Positions 16,751-31,366 of a stretch of DNA of 32,000 bases are shown one piece after another. The position numbers and the translations under genes were made by a program. Under the pieces are notes generated by a model. That model was not told the DNA's origin and searched no databases. It saw only the letters and a program-made list of their open reading frames with translations. The DNA is from Vibrio cholerae ATCC 14035. Lineage in GTDB: Bacteria > Pseudomonadota > Gammaproteobacteria > Enterobacterales > Vibrionaceae. Location: the NCBI RefSeq assembly GCF_000621645.1, contig NZ_JHXR01000002.1:1-32000 (forward strand). Direction: 5' to 3'. How positions within the stretch are numbered: the stretch's first letter is position 1; every line of letters starts with the position of its first letter.

Positions 16751-18301
16751 TTATAAACTTTCAATCTGGCTCAGATACGCATCAGCCGTGCTCAGGATCG
16801 CTTGCTGAGAATCGCTCGTCATCTTGTCCCACGTTTTGTATAGCATTCCGATGCGAGGATTGTTGGCGAGTCGATCACGATGTTTAAGCATAAACCGCCA
16901 GTAAAGCGAATTTAGCGGGCACGCTTTCTCTCCGGATTTGAGTTTCACTTGATAAGCACAAGAGGCGCAGTAGTCACTCATTTTATTGATGTAGGAACCA
17001 CTGGCTGAATAGGGTTTGGTGGCGATCAATCCGCCATCCGCAAACAGAGCCATACCTCGCGTATTAGGAAGTTCGACCCATTCAATCGCATCGATATAGA
17101 TACCTAAATACCAGGCATCGACTTGATCAGGGTCACACTCGGTCAGCAAGGCAAAATTCCCTGTCACCATCAAGCGTTGAATATGATGCGCGTAGCCAAA
17201 ATCCAGTGACTGAGTGATCGCCTGCTGCAAACAACGCATCTTGGTTTGTCCATTCCAGAAATAGCTTGGTAACGGCCGCTGCGCTCCTAAATGATTGCGT
17301 GTTTGGTAATGAGGCATATTGCTCCAATACATGCCGCGCACATATTCACGCCAACCGAGAATTTGTCGCACAAATCCTTCCACTTGAGCTAACGAGATCT
17401 GCCCTTGAGCTGCGCGATAAGCACTAATAGTAGCTTCAATCACTTCGCGAGGTGAAAGTAGCTTACTATTGAGCGCAAATGAAAGTCGGCTGTGATACAG
17501 GCTCCAGCGATGGGGATGCTGCGCCGTCATCGCATCTTGAAAGCGACCAAAATTAGGCAAGCAAATTTGGCAAAAATGCGCCAATAAGGAAAGCGCTTGC
17601 GCACGATTGATAGGCCACAGCAGTGACTCTCCGACTTGTCCGATAGACGGAATCCGATGACGTTCTATTCGCGCCTTGATGGACGCAACGGGATTATCAA
17701 AACAGAGTGGCGTCGGCAACTGAAGAAGATCTGGCGATTTCAGTTTATTACGATTGTCGGCATCAAAATTCCACTGTCCACCTTCAGGTTTGCCATCAGC
17801 CGTCATCAAATAACCAAAACGCTTACGCATTCGTCGATAAAAGTGTTCCATCAGCACGGCTTTGCTTGCGGGAAATTGCTCTGGGATCTCCGCAAACGGT
17901 AGCAAGAAGTGCTCAGTATCAACGCACCCTATTGTGATGCCGGATAGGCGCAAATTGGCCATTTGCTCAAGCAGTCGATACTCGTCAGGTCTTTGGTATT
18001 GGAAAGCATCGGCCTGAACTTGCTGGCAAATCTGCGCGATCAGATCGGGTAAATCGTTATATTGCGCGCTGGCATCCAGATCCAGATGCCATACGTGATG
18101 CCCTTCTGCACTTAAATAATCAGCAAAAGCTTGCATGGCCGCAAAAAATGCACACTGCTTTTGAATGTGATGGCGAACGTACTCCTGCTCCTGATGCAGC
18201 TCTGCAATCAGGTATAAAACATCATCCCTATGCTCAGAAAACCAAGAATGAGCATGGTTGAGTTGGTCACCCAATATCAATCGCACAACGGAATAGCGCA
18301 T
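16751..18301 (-). CDS. Cryptochrome/photolyase-family protein of the FeS-BCP / bacterial (6-4) photolyase class
   Basis: 516 aa. The four cysteines are spaced C-x87-C-x2-C-x12-C (MRC...DYCASCAYQVKLKSGEKAC). This matches the [4Fe-4S] ligand pattern of FeS-BCP proteins (the PhrB/CryB family). An AAGGAG SD precedes the ATG. Confidence 0.85.
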   Translation of the reverse strand: MRYSVVRLILGDQLNHAHSWFSEHRDDVLYLIAELHQEQEYVRHHIQKQCAFFAAMQAFADYLSAEGHHVWHLDLDASAQYNDLPDLIAQICQQVQADAFQYQRPDEYRLLEQMANLRLSGITIGCVDTEHFLLPFAEIPEQFPASKAVLMEHFYRRMRKRFGYLMTADGKPEGGQWNFDADNRNKLKSPDLLQLPTPLCFDNPVASIKARIERHRIPSIGQVGESLLWPINRAQALSLLAHFCQICLPNFGRFQDAMTAQHPHRWSLYHSRLSFALNSKLLSPREVIEATISAYRAAQGQISLAQVEGFVRQILGWREYVRGMYWSNMPHYQTRNHLGAQRPLPSYFWNGQTKMRCLQQAITQSLDFGYAHHIQRLMVTGNFALLTECDPDQVDAWYLGIYIDAIEWVELPNTRGMALFADGGLIATKPYSASGSYINKMSDYCASCAYQVKLKSGEKACPLNSLYWRFMLKHRDRLANNPRIGMLYKTWDKMTSDSQQAILSTADAYLSQIESL

Positions 18302-18571
18302 GGTGCTCCTTAATCAATACCGCGACAGAAGAATGCATTATCTTCCATTCATGCTTTGGGTATACGTTTAAAACCGCTCTCCGATCAGTGGTTAACCTGT
18401 ATTGACACGGTAGAAACCGAGTAAAGCATCAACCTTTCATATTGAATAAACATCATATATTTCATGAAGATATTAGTTATTTAACTCTAAAAAATAAGCG
18501 TGAGAGCTTGATTCCACATATTGAGTAATGACTTCGCTTTCTCTCTTGGTCTTAAGTAAATTTGCTCTCGG

Positions 18572-18682
18572 TCACACTTTGGCAAACCCTTTGGAAAAAT
18601 GGGACGCAAAGCTTCCGGTCTGTCGGTCAAGAAAGCTCATAAAGCACTCTTACACCTAGGATAGCGGGGTTACCAATTCGGT
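18572..18682 (+). promoter_or_regulatory. c-di-GMP-I (GEMM-I) riboswitch aptamer, the Vc1 element upstream of gbpA
   Basis: GTCACACTTTGGCAAACCCTTTGGAAAAATGGGACGCAAAGCTTCCGG...AGGATAGCGGGGTTACC carries the conserved GEMM-I blocks GGCAAACC, GGGACGCAAAGC.UCCGG and AGCGGGGUUACC. These appear in the same order as in the well-studied Vc2 aptamer. Confidence 0.9.
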
Positions 18683-18794
18683 TTATGCCGTTTTGTCTTA
18701 TGCGTTGCTGAAGGTGCTGAAGTTCAGATTCACTCTGAACTGCGTCTGGCGCTTTGCCAGACAAACTATGTCAGCTAACAAAGAAGAGTCTGTG

Positions 18795-20252
18795 ATGAAA
18801 AAACAACCTAAAATGACCGCTATCGCCCTGATCCTCTCTGGTATCAGTGGATTAGCGTATGGACACGGCTACGTTTCCGCAGTGGAAAACGGTGTCGCCG
18901 AAGGACGTGTCACCTTGTGTAAATTTGCCGCTAACGGCACTGGAGAAAAAAACACTCACTGTGGCGCGATTCAATACGAACCACAAAGTGTCGAAGGCCC
19001 AGATGGCTTCCCGGTCACTGGCCCTCGCGATGGCAAAATTGCCAGTGCGGAATCGGCACTGGCGGCAGCGCTGGATGAGCAAACCGCCGACCGTTGGGTA
19101 AAGCGCCCAATTCAAGCTGGCCCGCAAACCTTCGAGTGGACGTTTACCGCCAACCACGTCACAAAGGATTGGAAATACTACATTACCAAACCAAACTGGA
19201 ACCCAAACCAGCCATTGTCGCGTGATGCATTTGACCTCAATCCGTTCTGTGTCGTTGAAGGAAATATGGTGCAGCCACCAAAACGTGTCAGCCACGAATG
19301 TATCGTGCCTGAGCGCGAAGGGTATCAGGTCATCCTCGCCGTATGGGATGTGGGCGATACCGCAGCTTCCTTCTACAACGTGATCGACGTGAAATTTGAC
19401 GGTAACGGCCCAGTGTTACCGGATTGGAACCCAGCAGGTCAAATCATTCCAAGTATGGATCTCAGCATTGGCGATACCGTGTACACTCGCGTGTTTGATA
19501 ACGAGGGGGAAAACCCCGCTTATCGCACTGAGCTGAAAATTGACTCTGAGACGCTAACCAAAGCCAATCAATGGTCTTACGCTCTGGCGACTAAAATTAA
19601 CCAAACGCAAAAACAGCAACGTGCTGGTCAGCTTAATGGCGATCAATTTGTTCCCGTTTACGGCACCAACCCGATTTATCTGAAAGAAGGCAGTGGCTTG
19701 AAGAGTGTTGAAATTGGCTACCAAATTGAAGCGCCACAGCCTGAGTATTCACTGACGGTTTCTGGTCTAGCGAAAGAGTATGAGATTGGCGAACAACCGA
19801 TTCAGCTTGACCTGACTTTAGAAGCGCAAGGTGAAATGAGCGCAGAGCTGACGGTTTATAACCACCACCAAAAGCCGCTGGCAAGTTGGTCACAAGCGAT
19901 GACGGATGGCGAGCTGAAATCAGTAACCTTAGAACTGAGTGAAGCCAAAGCTGGACACCACATGCTGGTTTCTCGCATCAAAGATCGCGATGGCAATCTG
20001 CAAGATCAACAAACTCTCGATTTCATGCTGGTTGAACCGCAAACACCACCAACACCGGGTGACTACGACTTTGTTTTCCCGAATGGCCTGAAAGAGTACG
20101 TGGCTGGCACCAAAGTGCTCGCTAGTGATGGCGCAATCTACCAATGTAAGCCATGGCCATACTCTGGCTACTGCCAGCAATGGACAAGTAACGCTACTCA
20201 ATACCAACCGGGTACCGGCAGTCATTGGGAAATGGCGTGGGATAAACGTTAA
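18795..20252 (+). CDS. gbpA: GlcNAc/chitin- and mucin-binding colonisation factor GbpA (AA10 lytic polysaccharide monooxygenase)
   Basis: 485 aa from ATG 18795 ([14 protein letters not shown]...). The signal peptide cleaves at AYG|HGYVS, exposing the N-terminal His of an LPMO. The C-terminal chitin-binding module is [15 protein letters not shown]. The ORF-track TTG extension overlaps the riboswitch. Confidence 0.95.
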   Translation: MKKQPKMTAIALILSGISGLAYGHGYVSAVENGVAEGRVTLCKFAANGTGEKNTHCGAIQYEPQSVEGPDGFPVTGPRDGKIASAESALAAALDEQTADRWVKRPIQAGPQTFEWTFTANHVTKDWKYYITKPNWNPNQPLSRDAFDLNPFCVVEGNMVQPPKRVSHECIVPEREGYQVILAVWDVGDTAASFYNVIDVKFDGNGPVLPDWNPAGQIIPSMDLSIGDTVYTRVFDNEGENPAYRTELKIDSETLTKANQWSYALATKINQTQKQQRAGQLNGDQFVPVYGTNPIYLKEGSGLKSVEIGYQIEAPQPEYSLTVSGLAKEYEIGEQPIQLDLTLEAQGEMSAELTVYNHHQKPLASWSQAMTDGELKSVTLELSEAKAGHHMLVSRIKDRDGNLQDQQTLDFMLVEPQTPPTPGDYDFVFPNGLKEYVAGTKVLASDGAIYQCKPWPYSGYCQQWTSNATQYQPGTGSHWEMAWDKR

Positions 20253-20276
20253 GTTATCCTCCCTCTTACACCCATC

Positions 20277-20308
20277 ATCCCTCAGCTCACGCTGGGGGAT
20301 TTTTTATT
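20277..20308 (+). terminator. Rho-independent terminator of gbpA
   Basis: ATCCCTCAGC-TCAC-GCTGGGGGAT followed by TTTTTTATT. Confidence 0.85.
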
Positions 20309-20579
20309 CTCCAGTGGCTACCTCTCCACTCTTTCTTCGTGCTTTACCCTTCCTACTTGAAGCAGCTGCACTGTGGGCTAGATCCATACTAATTTGCCTC
20401 TTATTTACCACCTACATACAACTCCAGCGTCGTTGAGAAACCTCTGAGAGAATCGAGTCTGCGGCACTTTATTTATAGTTTTATGTTCAAATTTATTTAC
20501 TTATCGAATTAATCTAATTTGTTGCATATCGGTTAATTGCATTTACTTTTTATTAACAACCATTCTTTCAGAAGGAATC

Positions 20580-23550
<2,971 letters not shown>

Positions 23551-23577
23551 CTTGGGAAAAGCGATATCACCAAACAA

Positions 23578-23692
23578 CTTGGAGTTGCTGGTCGAAGGCA
23601 AGTGAGTGAATCCCTATGAGCATAGATAGACTATGTGATTGGGGTGAACGAACATAGCCAACACCGCTGCAGCTTCAAGTCGGACGGGTATA
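23578..23692. repeat. ERIC/IRU-type intergenic repeat element
   Basis: GTGAATCCCTATGAGCATAGATAGACTATGTGATTGGGGTGAACGAACATAGCCAACACCGCTGCAGCTTCAAGT matches the ERIC consensus core (GTGAATCCCCAGGAGC.TACAT...GTGACTGGGGTGAGCG...AGCCAAC...GCA.CTTGAAGT). The outer arms ACTTGGAGTTGCTG and CAGCTTCAAGT are complementary. Confidence 0.8.
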
Positions 23693-23694
23693 GA

Positions 23695-23722
23695 AAAAAG
23701 GCCTGATCTCTCAGGCCTTTAC
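23695..23722. terminator. Hairpin terminator between convergent lap and speB (stronger on the minus strand)
   Basis: AAAGGCCTGA-TCTC-TCAGGCCTTT. On the minus strand it is followed by TTTTTT. Confidence 0.8.
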
Positions 23723-23737
23723 ATTGCTTAACTCAGA

Positions 23738-24667
23738 TTACTCTTCATCTTTCTTGTTGGATGCCCAAACGTAGAGCAGTTCCAGAGCGATCGTCGCACC
23801 CGCCAGTGAAGTCAGGTCGCTTTGATCGTAAGGAGGTGACACTTCTACCACATCCATACCGATCAGGTTGATGCCTTTCAGCGCGCGGATGATTTTCAGG
23901 ATCTTGTCTGAGCTCAAACCGCCACAAACTGGCGTACCCGTACCCGGTGCGAAAGCAGGATCCAGACAGTCAATGTCGAAAGTCAGGTAAACCGGCTTGT
24001 CACCCACGATGTGGCGAATTTGCGCCACAATCTCTTCGACAGACATGTCGTTGGCTTGCATCGCGTTAATCACGTTGAAGCCGTGGCCTTCTTGTTTGTA
24101 TTCCGTACGAATACCCACTTGCACCGAATGCTTAGCCGAGATCAGACCTTCTTTTGGCGCATGGTAGAACATGGTGCCGTGGTCATACGCACTGCCGTTC
24201 GCGTAAGTGTCCGTGTGTGCATCAAAGTGGATCAGCGCCATTTCACCGAAGTGCTTAGCGTAAGCACGCAGGATTGGCAGAGTGATGAAGTGATCGCCAC
24301 CCAGTGCCAGCATGGTTTTGCCACTTTTCAGGATTTCGCTGGTCGCGGCTTCTAGGCGGTAAGTGAAATCTTCAGCATCACCGCAATCAAAAACCAAATC
24401 GCCCGCATCAATCACGTTGATCTTTTTAAACAGGTTGAAATCCCAAGGGAATTTCTTACCTTCCCAAGCGAGGTTAACCGAAGCACGACGAATCGCGTCA
24501 GGCCCCATACGAGCCCCCGGACGACCGGACGTCGCCATATCCAAAGGCACGCCAAGTACCACGACATCAGCATTAGTATCTACTGGGTTACGCACATAGG
24601 GACGACGGACAAACGTCATCGCGTTTGAGTAGAGTGAATAATCAGTTTTAGTAAACAAATCATTCAT
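23738..24667 (-). CDS. speB: Agmatinase
   Basis: 309 aa with the ureohydrolase Mn-binding motifs [11 protein letters not shown] and DIDCLDP. Its ATG abuts the speA stop (TAAATG). Confidence 0.93.
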   Translation of the reverse strand: MNDLFTKTDYSLYSNAMTFVRRPYVRNPVDTNADVVVLGVPLDMATSGRPGARMGPDAIRRASVNLAWEGKKFPWDFNLFKKINVIDAGDLVFDCGDAEDFTYRLEAATSEILKSGKTMLALGGDHFITLPILRAYAKHFGEMALIHFDAHTDTYANGSAYDHGTMFYHAPKEGLISAKHSVQVGIRTEYKQEGHGFNVINAMQANDMSVEEIVAQIRHIVGDKPVYLTFDIDCLDPAFAPGTGTPVCGGLSSDKILKIIRALKGINLIGMDVVEVSPPYDQSDLTSLAGATIALELLYVWASNKKDEE

Positions 24668-26653
24668 TTAGAAATCCTCTAAGTAAGTATAGCCGCTCAG
24701 GCCTAATTCAAGTTCCGCCAAAACGGTCTCTTGTTCTTCTTTGGCAACACGTTGAGAAACCAGTTGACGATAGTTGGTGCGAATTTTATCTACATCGATG
24801 TGAACGTAGCGCATCATATCTTCAACCGTGTCACCTTCATTGATAAAGGCAATTTCAGACTCGCCATTATCATTAATATTCACAACCGCGCTGTGTGTGT
24901 CACCAAACAGGTTGTGCATATCGCCCAAGATTTCTTGGTATGCACCGACCAGGAAAAAGCCCATTAGGTATGGCTTGTCACTCGTCCATGCTGGCACAGG
25001 CAGTGTACTTTCAATACCTTGGCCTTCAACGTACTGTTCAACCGCACCGTCTGAGTCACAGGTGATGTCGAGCATTACTGCGCGACGATCGTTCATCTCT
25101 TCCAAACCAGAAAGCGGCAGCACTGGGAACACTTGATCGATACCCCAAGCATCCGGCAGCGACTGGAACAGTGAGAAGTTCACGAAGAACTTGTCTGCTA
25201 AACGCTCTTGCAGCTCATCCAGAATCGGGCGATGGAAGCGGTTTTTGTTGCTCATCTTCTGACGCAGTTCATGGTAGATACGCAGTGACAACTGCTCTGC
25301 CCATGCACGGTGCTCAAGGTTTAATACACCCGTTGCAAACTGGCTATGCGCTTCAGAAAGATCGCTCTGTGTGTCGTTGTAAATTTCAATCAGTGCGCGG
25401 TCATCGGTACCGTGTTGCACTTCTTCAAACCCACGCCACATGTTTTTCAGTAGCATTGGCGCATCCGCACCCGGTGCTGGGATCTCTTCTGGCGAGTAGG
25501 CTTCCGTACCGATAACGTTGGTGATCAATACCGCATGGTGCGCCGTGATCGAACGACCCGATTCAGAAATGATCACCGGACGAGGCTGACCGTACAGGTT
25601 ACACACATCGCTCACTGTGCTCACGATGTTACGCGCATATTCGTGCAGACCGTAGTTCATCGAGTTTGATGACTGGCTACGAGTACCATCGTAATCCACG
25701 GCCAAGCCGCCACCCACGTCGAAGAAATCGATGTGCGCACCCAGCTCACGCAGTTCACAGTAGAAACGCACCGCTTCGTTCACACCATTACGCACGTCAC
25801 GAATGTTCGCCATTTGTGAACCAAGGTGGAAATGCACCAGTTGCAGTGCTTCCAGTTGATTTTCCGCTTTCAAGCGGTTAATCACGGTGAGCACTTGTGA
25901 TGCAGCTAGGCCGAACTTCGATTTTTCACCGCCGCTCGATTGCCATTTGCCTGCACCCTGAGAAGCAAGACGAATACGCAGACCCAGACGTGGTTTCACG
26001 CCAAGGCTTTTCGCTTCTTTCAGGACCAGATCCAGCTCTGACAGTTTTTCCAGAACGATGAAAACTTTGTGACCCAGTTTTTCACCGATCAGTGCCAGAC
26101 GAATGTACTCTCTGTCTTTGTAACCATTACATACAATCACTGAACTGGCTTGCTGAGCCATAGCCAACACCGCCAGAAGTTCAGGCTTACTGCCCGCTTC
26201 TAAGCCGAGTTGTTTGTGTTCTAATTCGGCCTGACTGGCCAGAATTTCATCTACTACCTCTTTTTGTTGGTTCACTTTGATGGGATAAACCAGCAGGTAT
26301 TTATTTGGGTAGTCGTACTCTTCAATCGCCTGATTGAAAGCGTCACAAATGTTGTGCACGCGTTGATGCAGGATCTGCGGGAAGCGTACAAGCACAGGCA
26401 AATTTAAATCGCGCGCTTCGAGCTGTTTAACAATTGAGCTTAATTGCGTTTGATGAGCTTTGTCTTTTCTCGGCGACACATACACTTCGCCTTGATCGTC
26501 AATGCCAAAAAAGCCTTGGCTCCAGTAATGCACATTGTAGTCAGCGCGAACGCGGTCTAATTTGGATGGTTGTTCCACATCGTATCTCACAAAAACAGAG
26601 AGGATTACAATGATTTCATCGGTTGAAATCACACCTGACACCCTAGATGTCAC
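24668..26653 (-). CDS. speA: Biosynthetic arginine decarboxylase
   Basis: PLP-dependent fold-III decarboxylase ([24 protein letters not shown]) with conserved [21 protein letters not shown] near the N-terminus. The start is ambiguous: GTG 26653 gives the maximal ORF. GTG 26590 ([13 protein letters not shown]) is the alternative, which I favour because the first 60 nt can fold into leader hairpins. Confidence 0.9.
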   Translation of the reverse strand: MTSRVSGVISTDEIIVILSVFVRYDVEQPSKLDRVRADYNVHYWSQGFFGIDDQGEVYVSPRKDKAHQTQLSSIVKQLEARDLNLPVLVRFPQILHQRVHNICDAFNQAIEEYDYPNKYLLVYPIKVNQQKEVVDEILASQAELEHKQLGLEAGSKPELLAVLAMAQQASSVIVCNGYKDREYIRLALIGEKLGHKVFIVLEKLSELDLVLKEAKSLGVKPRLGLRIRLASQGAGKWQSSGGEKSKFGLAASQVLTVINRLKAENQLEALQLVHFHLGSQMANIRDVRNGVNEAVRFYCELRELGAHIDFFDVGGGLAVDYDGTRSQSSNSMNYGLHEYARNIVSTVSDVCNLYGQPRPVIISESGRSITAHHAVLITNVIGTEAYSPEEIPAPGADAPMLLKNMWRGFEEVQHGTDDRALIEIYNDTQSDLSEAHSQFATGVLNLEHRAWAEQLSLRIYHELRQKMSNKNRFHRPILDELQERLADKFFVNFSLFQSLPDAWGIDQVFPVLPLSGLEEMNDRRAVMLDITCDSDGAVEQYVEGQGIESTLPVPAWTSDKPYLMGFFLVGAYQEILGDMHNLFGDTHSAVVNINDNGESEIAFINEGDTVEDMMRYVHIDVDKIRTNYRQLVSQRVAKEEQETVLAELELGLSGYTYLEDF

Positions 26654-27024
26654 GCGCTTTATCGGTGAAAAGCTAGGGTGTGTCTAATGATAATAATTTA
26701 TCGTTAGGACAACTGTTAGTTATCACACATAAACTTGCATAAATGTCTTCATTTCATTCATATTTTTCTGTACGCCCTTGATGCCACAAGGCATAGCCGC
26801 AAAGCGGTCATCGATTCTTTGCAATAAAAATGTCATTGAATAGGGAGATTTATAGACTGAAACAAACAAATAGAACGCATCAATTCATTCTCTGTATAGT
26901 GCTGTTTATGACAATGGGCACAATTCAACCAACTCGTCTAGTTAACTCGGGTTTTCACTTGGTTGTTCTTTGTAATTACATACAATTCCGTTAAGGTGAT
27001 TTGAGCATAACGGTGAGATACACG

Positions 27025-27585
27025 ATGGAATACCTAGCTTTATTACAAACCCACTATAAATGGTTGATGACAATACTCATCATCGTCTTATATCCGCATA
27101 TTTCACGGATAACCTTACGCCTGTTCGAAAGTATGCTTACCGGACGGGTGGACATTCACCGTTTGAAACGCGCGCGTTGGCTGATCCGCACCTTACTCTT
27201 TCTCGTGATGCTGTTTACGACCTTGATTTTGTGGGGCATTGAGTTACGGGGTCTACTGGTGGTCGGCTCATCCCTATTTGCCTTGCTCGGGGTGGGTTTG
27301 TTTGCCGGTTGGTCACTGCTGAGTAATGTCACCGCATTCTTAATTCTGTTTGTGCAAAACCAGTGCCGGATCGGCTGCTGGGTTCGCATCGTCGATGGCG
27401 CAAACTTTATTGAAGGCAAGATCATTGACATGGCGCTGCTGAATGTTGAATTGGAAACCCTTGAAGGCAACCGCGTGCTCTACCCTAACAACTTATTTAT
27501 TGTTCGCCCTGTGATTGTCTTACAAAAGGCACCCGAGAAAGCGGTCAAAAAACCAGAAAGAAAACAGCTACCCAAGGGATTGTAA
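27025..27585 (+). CDS. Short MscS-family mechanosensitive channel protein
   Basis: TM helices plus a pore-helix/beta-domain-like segment (LFALLGVGLFAGWSLLSNVTAFLILF...GKIIDMALLNVELETLEGNRVLYPNN). It lacks the usual C-terminal domain. I preferred ATG 27025 over TTG 27001. Confidence 0.7.
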   Translation: MEYLALLQTHYKWLMTILIIVLYPHISRITLRLFESMLTGRVDIHRLKRARWLIRTLLFLVMLFTTLILWGIELRGLLVVGSSLFALLGVGLFAGWSLLSNVTAFLILFVQNQCRIGCWVRIVDGANFIEGKIIDMALLNVELETLEGNRVLYPNNLFIVRPVIVLQKAPEKAVKKPERKQLPKGL

Positions 27586-27587
27586 TT

Positions 27588-28934
27588 TTGAGCGAATACC
27601 AAGACTTATCTCAACAAATTGAATTGATTGCCACCGCCGAAGAATCCGAGCAAACCCATCTACTCGGTGAGATGGTGGAAAATGGCTTAGATGAAGGCTC
27701 GATCGCTCTGATTTTAGAAGCGTTTCCTGTGGAACAACGGGTACGTTTATGGCGCAGTTTGCCACTGGAGATGCACATAGATGTGCTAACCGAGATGCGC
27801 GCCGAGGTGCGGATTTCGGTCATTAACGCGCTGTCGGAAATTGAACTCAAACTGACGCTGGCTAAGCTCGATAACCTGTCACTGATCGAGTGGGAAGACT
27901 CGCTACCCGATGACATCATCAGTGAAGCATTAAGCCTTATTAACCGTGATGAACTTGAGCTATACGACCAAGCCAACGAGTTTGCAGATGACGAAATTGG
28001 CCACTGGGCGGATCGAAAAGTTTATACCTTACCTTTTAGCATCAGTGTTCGCCGCGCCAAAGTCTTGTTGGATAAATATCACTACGACTCCCCTCAATAT
28101 ATTTACCTCATCAACAAAGCCAAAAAGTTCCGTGGCTTAGTAAGCTTTAGTGATGTATTGCAAGCCGAAGAAACAACTCAGCTCAAGAACTTACGTATGG
28201 AAGAACTGGTGACGCTCAATGCTAAGCAAACCTTATCAGACGCGGTGGATGCCCTCGAACACACCACTTTGCCAATTGTGCCAGTGCTGAGTGACGATGA
28301 AACCTTGATTGGTGAAATTGACTGGCATTTTGCGCTCAGCGTGCAACGTGAAATGTATGAAGCACGCCTGATGGCCGGTACCGGTATGGATGAAGGTGAT
28401 GATCTGTTCGCGCCCGTCATCAAAAGCTCGAAAAAACGCGGTTTGTGGCTCGGCATTAACCTTCTGACCGCCATTCTTGCCTCCATCACCATTGGCTTAT
28501 TTGAGAATGTCATTTCGCAAGTTGTCGCTTTAGCGGTGCTGATGCCAATTGTCGCTTCGATGGGTGGCATTGCGGGAAGCCAAACCTTGACTTTGATGGT
28601 ACGCGCGATGGCGCTTAATCAGATCACCGTGGGTAACCGTTTTGCCTTACTGAAAAATGAACTCGGCATTGGCTCAATCAACGGCCTAGTCTGGGCGCTG
28701 ATCATCGGTGGTATGGCGGCACTTTGGTTCCAAGAGCCAGTGATCGGCGCAACCATTGCGCTGGCAATTGTGGTCAACATTATTACCGCAGCATTATTTG
28801 GGGTGTTGATCCCGATAATTTTGGACAAATTCAAGCTCGATCCCGCGCTGGCAGGTTCGGTTATTCTCACCACCGTGACCGATGTGGTCGGCTTTTTTGC
28901 CTTCCTCGGCACCGCCAGTTTGGTGATGTTGTAG
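27588..28934 (+). CDS. mgtE: Magnesium transporter MgtE
   Basis: 448 aa with an N-domain, a CBS pair and 5 TM helices, including TVTDVVGFFAFLG. The start is an apparent TTG 2 nt after the upstream stop, and the next in-frame ATG is 28 codons in. Confidence 0.88.
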   Translation: MSEYQDLSQQIELIATAEESEQTHLLGEMVENGLDEGSIALILEAFPVEQRVRLWRSLPLEMHIDVLTEMRAEVRISVINALSEIELKLTLAKLDNLSLIEWEDSLPDDIISEALSLINRDELELYDQANEFADDEIGHWADRKVYTLPFSISVRRAKVLLDKYHYDSPQYIYLINKAKKFRGLVSFSDVLQAEETTQLKNLRMEELVTLNAKQTLSDAVDALEHTTLPIVPVLSDDETLIGEIDWHFALSVQREMYEARLMAGTGMDEGDDLFAPVIKSSKKRGLWLGINLLTAILASITIGLFENVISQVVALAVLMPIVASMGGIAGSQTLTLMVRAMALNQITVGNRFALLKNELGIGSINGLVWALIIGGMAALWFQEPVIGATIALAIVVNIITAALFGVLIPIILDKFKLDPALAGSVILTTVTDVVGFFAFLGTASLVML

Positions 28935-28964
28935 CCGCCATCAAACCCTAGAAAAAATTTTTAT

Positions 28965-29000
28965 TCCCCCTCTTGAACTTCGATTTTCTTACCCTATTTA
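28965..29000 (+). promoter_or_regulatory. Sigma32 (RpoH) heat-shock promoter of groES2-groEL2
   Basis: TCCCCCTCTTGAA (-35, CTTGAA at 28972-28977), a 14-bp spacer, then CCCTATTTA (-10, 28992-29000). Compare the consensus CCCTTGAA-N13-15-CCCCATNT. Confidence 0.75.
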
Positions 29001-29135
29001 TATCGGCGAGTGGCAGTGATGCCCCGCCGAGACTGGATTGATTGCTTCTAGCTTCGCGTGAAACTGAGCTCATTTTGCAAACAATCCTACCGGCCTTTTA
29101 TCTTGATAGTGACATTTAAGTAGGAGGCATTCCCG

Positions 29136-31047
<1,912 letters not shown>

Positions 31048-31079
31048 TCGAGTAAGGTGAACAGGGCAAGGAGGGCGAA

Positions 31080-31286
31080 ATGACGAAACTGCCTCATTTA
31101 CAGTTGAGTGTTGTTGAAGCGCAGCCAAAGACTCATCCGGCCAATGCTTGGCCTATGAGTATGAGCTTTCCGCAGCGCTGCCAAGACAGGGTGCTGATGC
31201 CACCTTATCGTAGCGTTTTCCCTGCTGTGGTATTGGTGGTTTACATCAATCAGGCTCAGCAGCAACCTAGCCCGACCTTGCACTGA
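31080..31286 (+). CDS. Small hypothetical ORF downstream of groEL2, inside the same terminator-bounded unit
   Basis: 68 aa. A strong SD (AAGGAGGG) lies 5 nt before the ATG. No terminator lies between groEL and this ORF, and the first good terminator follows it. I recognise no family, and the composition is unremarkable. Confidence 0.35.
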   Translation: MTKLPHLQLSVVEAQPKTHPANAWPMSMSFPQRCQDRVLMPPYRSVFPAVVLVVYINQAQQQPSPTLH

Positions 31287-31305
31287 TGATTGCTGAACTT
31301 GGTCT

Positions 31306-31336
31306 AAGAGGCAGATTTTTCTGCCTCTTTTTTATT
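31306..31336 (+). terminator. Rho-independent terminator ending the groES2-groEL2(-ORF68) unit
   Basis: AAGAGGCAG-ATTTTT-CTGCCTCTT followed by TTTTATT. Confidence 0.85.
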
Positions 31337-31366
31337 GCTCGAATTTCTATTCAACAAGTACGGAGT

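Noticed and set aside
18693-18794. N-terminal 34-codon extension of the gbpA ORF in the ORF track
   Set aside because: It starts at a TTG and lies in the expression platform just downstream of the riboswitch aptamer (18572-18682). ATG 18795 gives a normal signal peptide and the expected 485-aa protein.
20125-20436. 103-aa ORF spanning the gbpA 3' end and downstream region
   Set aside because: It overlaps gbpA out of frame and runs through the gbpA terminator hairpin, and it has no RBS.
26690-27024. Possible Mg2+ (M-box) or other riboswitch upstream of the MscS-like/mgtE pair
   Set aside because: I could not find the conserved M-box blocks (GUUAGGUGAGGCUCC ... GCUAAAGCUC). The region is simply AT-rich promoter-like DNA.
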